A DNA stretch of 19,417 bases, taken from Candidatus Zixiibacteriota bacterium. GTDB taxonomy: Bacteria; Zixibacteria; MSB-5A5; CAIYYT01. The notes below the pieces were generated by a model. The model was not told the DNA's origin and searched no databases. It saw nothing but the letters and a program-made list of their open reading frames with translations. Location of the stretch: the NCBI GenBank assembly GCA_040235515.1, contig JBECKX010000153.1, forward strand, positions 1-19,417, written 5' to 3'. Made by a program: the position numbers and the translations under genes. This document shows positions 16,174 through 19,417 of this stretch, one piece after another (positions within the stretch are counted from its first letter, which is position 1; each line of letters opens with the position of its first letter).

Positions 16174-17778
16174 TTGGACAATCAAGCTGCGGGCAACCGA
16201 GAACTCAAAGAGACAGATCGAGTGACCAAACCAAAGCGCGCATCATTCCTCAGACAGACTGTCACGTACGGGCTTGGGATAGCACTGAATTACGGAATCG
16301 GCATGATACTCCTGCCGATCTACAGTCGCCTGATGCCGGTCGATGCCTATGGTGTCCTGTCACTGATCAACCAGAACACCCAGGTAATGTCGCTTCTGTT
16401 GCTGGCGCAGTTCGGTATCGCCTACATTCGCCTTTACCGCGACAAGAGTGATGAAGAGTACCGCGGGCGGGTGACCACAACCTCGATGCTCTATGCAACG
16501 GCGGTTTCCGCGCTGGTCGCGGCTGTTTTCATTCTGCTCGATTCCCAGATCTCAGAATTGGTGTTCGAGAGCGGGCAGTACGCCTACCATATTCGGTTGA
16601 GTGGATTCAGATTCCTGATGAACATGGTCTTCACCGTGCCATTCCTCTACTTCCAGGCTACCGAACAACCGACCAAGTACATCGTAGTCTCGTTTATCAG
16701 GTTTGCGCTCCTGTTGTCGGCGACGATTGCCGCGCTCTATCATTTCGACGACAAAATCGAGGGAGTGCTCTGGGCGCAGATTGTGGTGGCTGCGGTATTT
16801 AATCTCTTTGTCGGCGGCTACGTACTCGTCCGGTCGAAGCTGAGCTTCGATCTCGGCATCGTGAAGGAGATTGTGAAGTTCACCTGGTCGCTCGCACTGG
16901 TAAGCGGGTACGCTTACATCATCAAAAGCGGTGACCGGTATGTCATCAGCCGTTCCTGCGGGCAGGTCGAGGTCGGGCTCTACGACGCCGGCTACCGGAT
17001 CGGGTTACTGCTCAACACGCTGGTCTTCAGCTCGATCATCCGGGCGTGGCACGCCAAGATGGTTGACGTGCTTCGCTCCGAGAATGGATCATCATACCTT
17101 GCCAGGCTGGCGACGCTCGGCATGCTGCTCTATGTATCCGCGGGGGTAGCTCTCTCGATCTACTCGCGCGAGATCATCGGGGTATTCCTCGATACCGAAT
17201 ATCACGCAGCTTACACGATCGTGCCGCTGATCGTACTCGCCTACGGACTCGATGGGCTACAGATGCTGTTTGACACCGGCGTATACTACAGCAAGAAGAC
17301 TTACCTGAAGTTGTGGCATGGTATCACCGCAGCGGTTTGCGTCGGGCTTTACCTCTGGCTGATTCCCCAGTATTGCATGATCGGCGCCGCCTGGGCAACG
17401 GTAGGCACCTACCTGGTGTTTGTTGCGGTCACCTGGGTGTTGAGTCACCGGGAATTGAAGATCAGTTATGAGTTCGGCAAACTGATTCGGATATTGCTGA
17501 TAGCAATCTGCGTGTACCTGATCAACCTCTATGCGGAGTCATACGAGGAGGCCCACTTCGCGCACCTGCGCCTCGCCGGTGAGTTGGCATTCCCGCTGGT
17601 TTACCTTGTTGTCGTGTTCATACTCAAACTGCCGCTGATGCTCTTGTTTGCGCTACTGGTGTTGGGTTCAAGGATTCTTGAGACGGACGATAAGGTGCGG
17701 ATCCGCCGCTACTATGACGATCTTAAAGAGCGCCTCCCCTTCTTCAGCTCCCCCAACGGTCGACTCGGGACAGAGTAA
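16174..17778 (+). CDS. wzx: Wzx-type oligosaccharide flippase (MOP superfamily / Polysacc_synt)
   Basis: SFLRQTVTYGLG..ILLPIYSRLM...YG, GIAYIRLY, DRYVIS....EVGLYDAGYRIG, LIPQY..IGAAWAT, about 14 TM helices. Alternative start at GTG 16222. Confidence 0.85.
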   Translation: MDNQAAGNRELKETDRVTKPKRASFLRQTVTYGLGIALNYGIGMILLPIYSRLMPVDAYGVLSLINQNTQVMSLLLLAQFGIAYIRLYRDKSDEEYRGRVTTTSMLYATAVSALVAAVFILLDSQISELVFESGQYAYHIRLSGFRFLMNMVFTVPFLYFQATEQPTKYIVVSFIRFALLLSATIAALYHFDDKIEGVLWAQIVVAAVFNLFVGGYVLVRSKLSFDLGIVKEIVKFTWSLALVSGYAYIIKSGDRYVISRSCGQVEVGLYDAGYRIGLLLNTLVFSSIIRAWHAKMVDVLRSENGSSYLARLATLGMLLYVSAGVALSIYSREIIGVFLDTEYHAAYTIVPLIVLAYGLDGLQMLFDTGVYYSKKTYLKLWHGITAAVCVGLYLWLIPQYCMIGAAWATVGTYLVFVAVTWVLSHRELKISYEFGKLIRILLIAICVYLINLYAESYEEAHFAHLRLAGELAFPLVYLVVVFILKLPLMLLFALLVLGSRILETDDKVRIRRYYDDLKERLPFFSSPNGRLGTE

Positions 17779-17783
17779 TAGTT

Positions 17784-18896
17784 TTACTTCTGCGCCTGGC
17801 CGCCCGCTGCAATAGACTCGTAGTAGTCCTGATGTGATTCGATCATCCGCTTGAGCGAGAATTTCTCCTCGAGCAATCTGCGCCCCTCGCCCCCCATTTC
17901 GCGGCGAAGCTGGCTATCCTGCAGGAGCTGGTTCAGTTTCTGCGCCAGCGCGGCGTGATCCTGCGGGGGTATTAAGAACCCCGTTTTACCGTTGACCACA
18001 GCCTCTTTGTTTCCACCGACCGCCGTTGCGACGATCGGCAACCCGGCTCGCATATACTCAAGGAGCGAGTTGGAGAATCCTTCTGAAGTAGATGTTAAAA
18101 CGCCGATGCTTGCGGATTCCAGCAGGCGGCTGACGTCGGGTCGGCTGCCGTGAAATATCAAGTGCTGTTTCAAGCCCATCCGGTTTGCGAGTTGTTCGAG
18201 AGGCCGACGCTCATCCCCTTCGCCAATGATCTCAAAGCGGACTCGTGGAAAACGTTCGATGACTGCAGGCGCAGCCTTCAACAACGTTTCGACCGATTTG
18301 ACCGGGCGCAGATTCGCGGTGAGTACGACGCGTTGCGTCGCCTGGGAATCGGCGTTAGTCTCTGCTATCGGCGTGGCAACGTTAACGCCGTTGTAGATGA
18401 CATCTATCATCTCGAGGGGTACTCCCTCCCGCTGACTCGTTGCCGCTGCCACGGCCTGCGAATTTGCCAGCCAGCGCGCGGGGTACCGATTCGCATGCCT
18501 CAGATAGAGTTTTTCTTTGCCGCCGAGTCCGTAGCCCAGATTCCGCCGGGATGAGATCACCCCGCTGATCCCTGCGATTTTTGCCGCCCCCCCGCCGACG
18601 AGGTGCGCTTCGACAAAGAAGGTTTGCACCACCCGGATATTCCGCTCGCCCAGAAGTGCGGCCAGTTGCCGGCGATCGCGGAACATCTTTGGCGTAAACA
18701 TCCGGTAGAGATGCAGACAGTGAGTCTCACAAACGAACTTCTTGCTCTGGATATACTCGCAGTCTTGTAAGGACACGAGCAACGGCGCGAAGCGCGCTTT
18801 GTCGAGGTTTTCGATCAGCGTCAGCAGACTTCTTTCGGTACCCGCTCGGGCATTGCCCATCGAGCCGATCACGAAGGCTATTCCGGTTTTGTTCAT
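17784..18896 (-). CDS. Glycosyltransferase family 4 (GT-B)
   Basis: AGTER, ISSRRN, LANSQAV, VIYNGV, ANLRPVK, EGFSNSLLE (E-x7-E), PIVATAVGGNKEAVVNGKTGFL. Confidence 0.93.
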   Translation of the reverse strand: MNKTGIAFVIGSMGNARAGTERSLLTLIENLDKARFAPLLVSLQDCEYIQSKKFVCETHCLHLYRMFTPKMFRDRRQLAALLGERNIRVVQTFFVEAHLVGGGAAKIAGISGVISSRRNLGYGLGGKEKLYLRHANRYPARWLANSQAVAAATSQREGVPLEMIDVIYNGVNVATPIAETNADSQATQRVVLTANLRPVKSVETLLKAAPAVIERFPRVRFEIIGEGDERRPLEQLANRMGLKQHLIFHGSRPDVSRLLESASIGVLTSTSEGFSNSLLEYMRAGLPIVATAVGGNKEAVVNGKTGFLIPPQDHAALAQKLNQLLQDSQLRREMGGEGRRLLEEKFSLKRMIESHQDYYESIAAGGQAQK

Positions 18897-18919
18897 AAGG
18901 AATTCAACTTGAAGGGTTG

Positions 18920-19417
18920 CTATTTCCTGATGATGAACCCGCCGGTCAGCAGCCCGATACCTAGCGAGAAATGAATCATGAAGAAGACCAGCGGCAAATA
19001 GAGTAAGAGCGATTTTGGCTCGTCTCGCACGAGCTTCACCGAAATACCGAACACGACTGCCAGGTAGATGATCGCCGGGATCGTGGCCAGTAAACCGGCT
19101 TCTACCGAGCTGAGCCAGAAGAAGGGGTAGAAGATTACTCCCAGCGCGAACAGGAAGGTTATCATGGCTCCCAACCCAAGCGTGCCGGGGTGTTTTCTGA
19201 AAAGACGGTAGCGACCGACGCCGTAGCGGAAGAGCTGTTTGCCGAAAGAGGTATGGTTTTCGCGCGCTGCATACTCAACGGTGAGTTTTGGTGAGATGAG
19301 CGCTTTCAGATCGATCTTGTCGGCTCGAAAATTCAGTTCAACATCCTCGCACGCATCGAATTCCTCGTCAAAGCCTCCGAGCCGCTCAAGGACTTCCCTG
19401 CGGTACATATCTCCCGA
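18920..19417 (-). CDS. Glycosyltransferase family 2, C-terminal part (ExoA-like, with TM helices; 5'-truncated)
   Basis: The frame is open to the window end. YRREVLERLGGFDEEF...EDVELNFR, KQLFRYGVGR, then hydrophobic helices ending in HFSLGIG. Confidence 0.85.
   Translation of the reverse strand, partial: SGDMYRREVLERLGGFDEEFDACEDVELNFRADKIDLKALISPKLTVEYAARENHTSFGKQLFRYGVGRYRLFRKHPGTLGLGAMITFLFALGVIFYPFFWLSSVEAGLLATIPAIIYLAVVFGISVKLVRDEPKSLLLYLPLVFFMIHFSLGIGLLTGGFIIRK

Noticed and set aside
1615..18554. Numerous 60-220 aa antisense or alternative-frame ORFs in the track
   Set aside because: They lie within or mostly overlap well-supported genes and are typical shadow ORFs of GC-rich DNA.

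Overview
GC-rich bacterial chromosomal window with 10 protein-coding genes, two of them truncated by the window edges. I found no rRNA, tRNA, CRISPR array or transposase. The large secreted proteins carry T9SS/FlgD-like C-terminal domains, and one also carries cohesin and dockerin domains, which suggests an FCB-group organism, most like Zixibacteria (inference). Left to right: (1) a partial sugar-transfer-associated ATP-grasp gene (+); (2) a ~1420-aa secreted protein with a DUF4114-like domain, eight Cys-patterned Ig/cadherin-like repeats, cohesin, dockerin and CTD (-); (3) a Cas4-like/RecB-family PD-(D/E)XK nuclease, 3 nt downstream of (4) a UbiB/AarF kinase (-); (5) a ~1137-aa secreted putative glycoside hydrolase with five FN3-like repeats and a CTD, preceded by a sigma54-type promoter (-); then a surface-glycan cluster of (6) a GT-C-like membrane protein, (7) a membrane-anchored His-motif protein, (8) a Wzx flippase on the opposite strand, (9) a GT4 and (10) a partial GT2. 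The main leads are a possible link between the glycan cluster and the D-(S/T)-x-rich secreted proteins, a cohesin+dockerin protein that might self-assemble, the kinase-coupled solo Cas4-like nuclease with a 13-bp duplication over its stop codon, and the sigma54 promoter with an internal tandem duplication. All family calls come from recognising motifs by eye, not from database searches.
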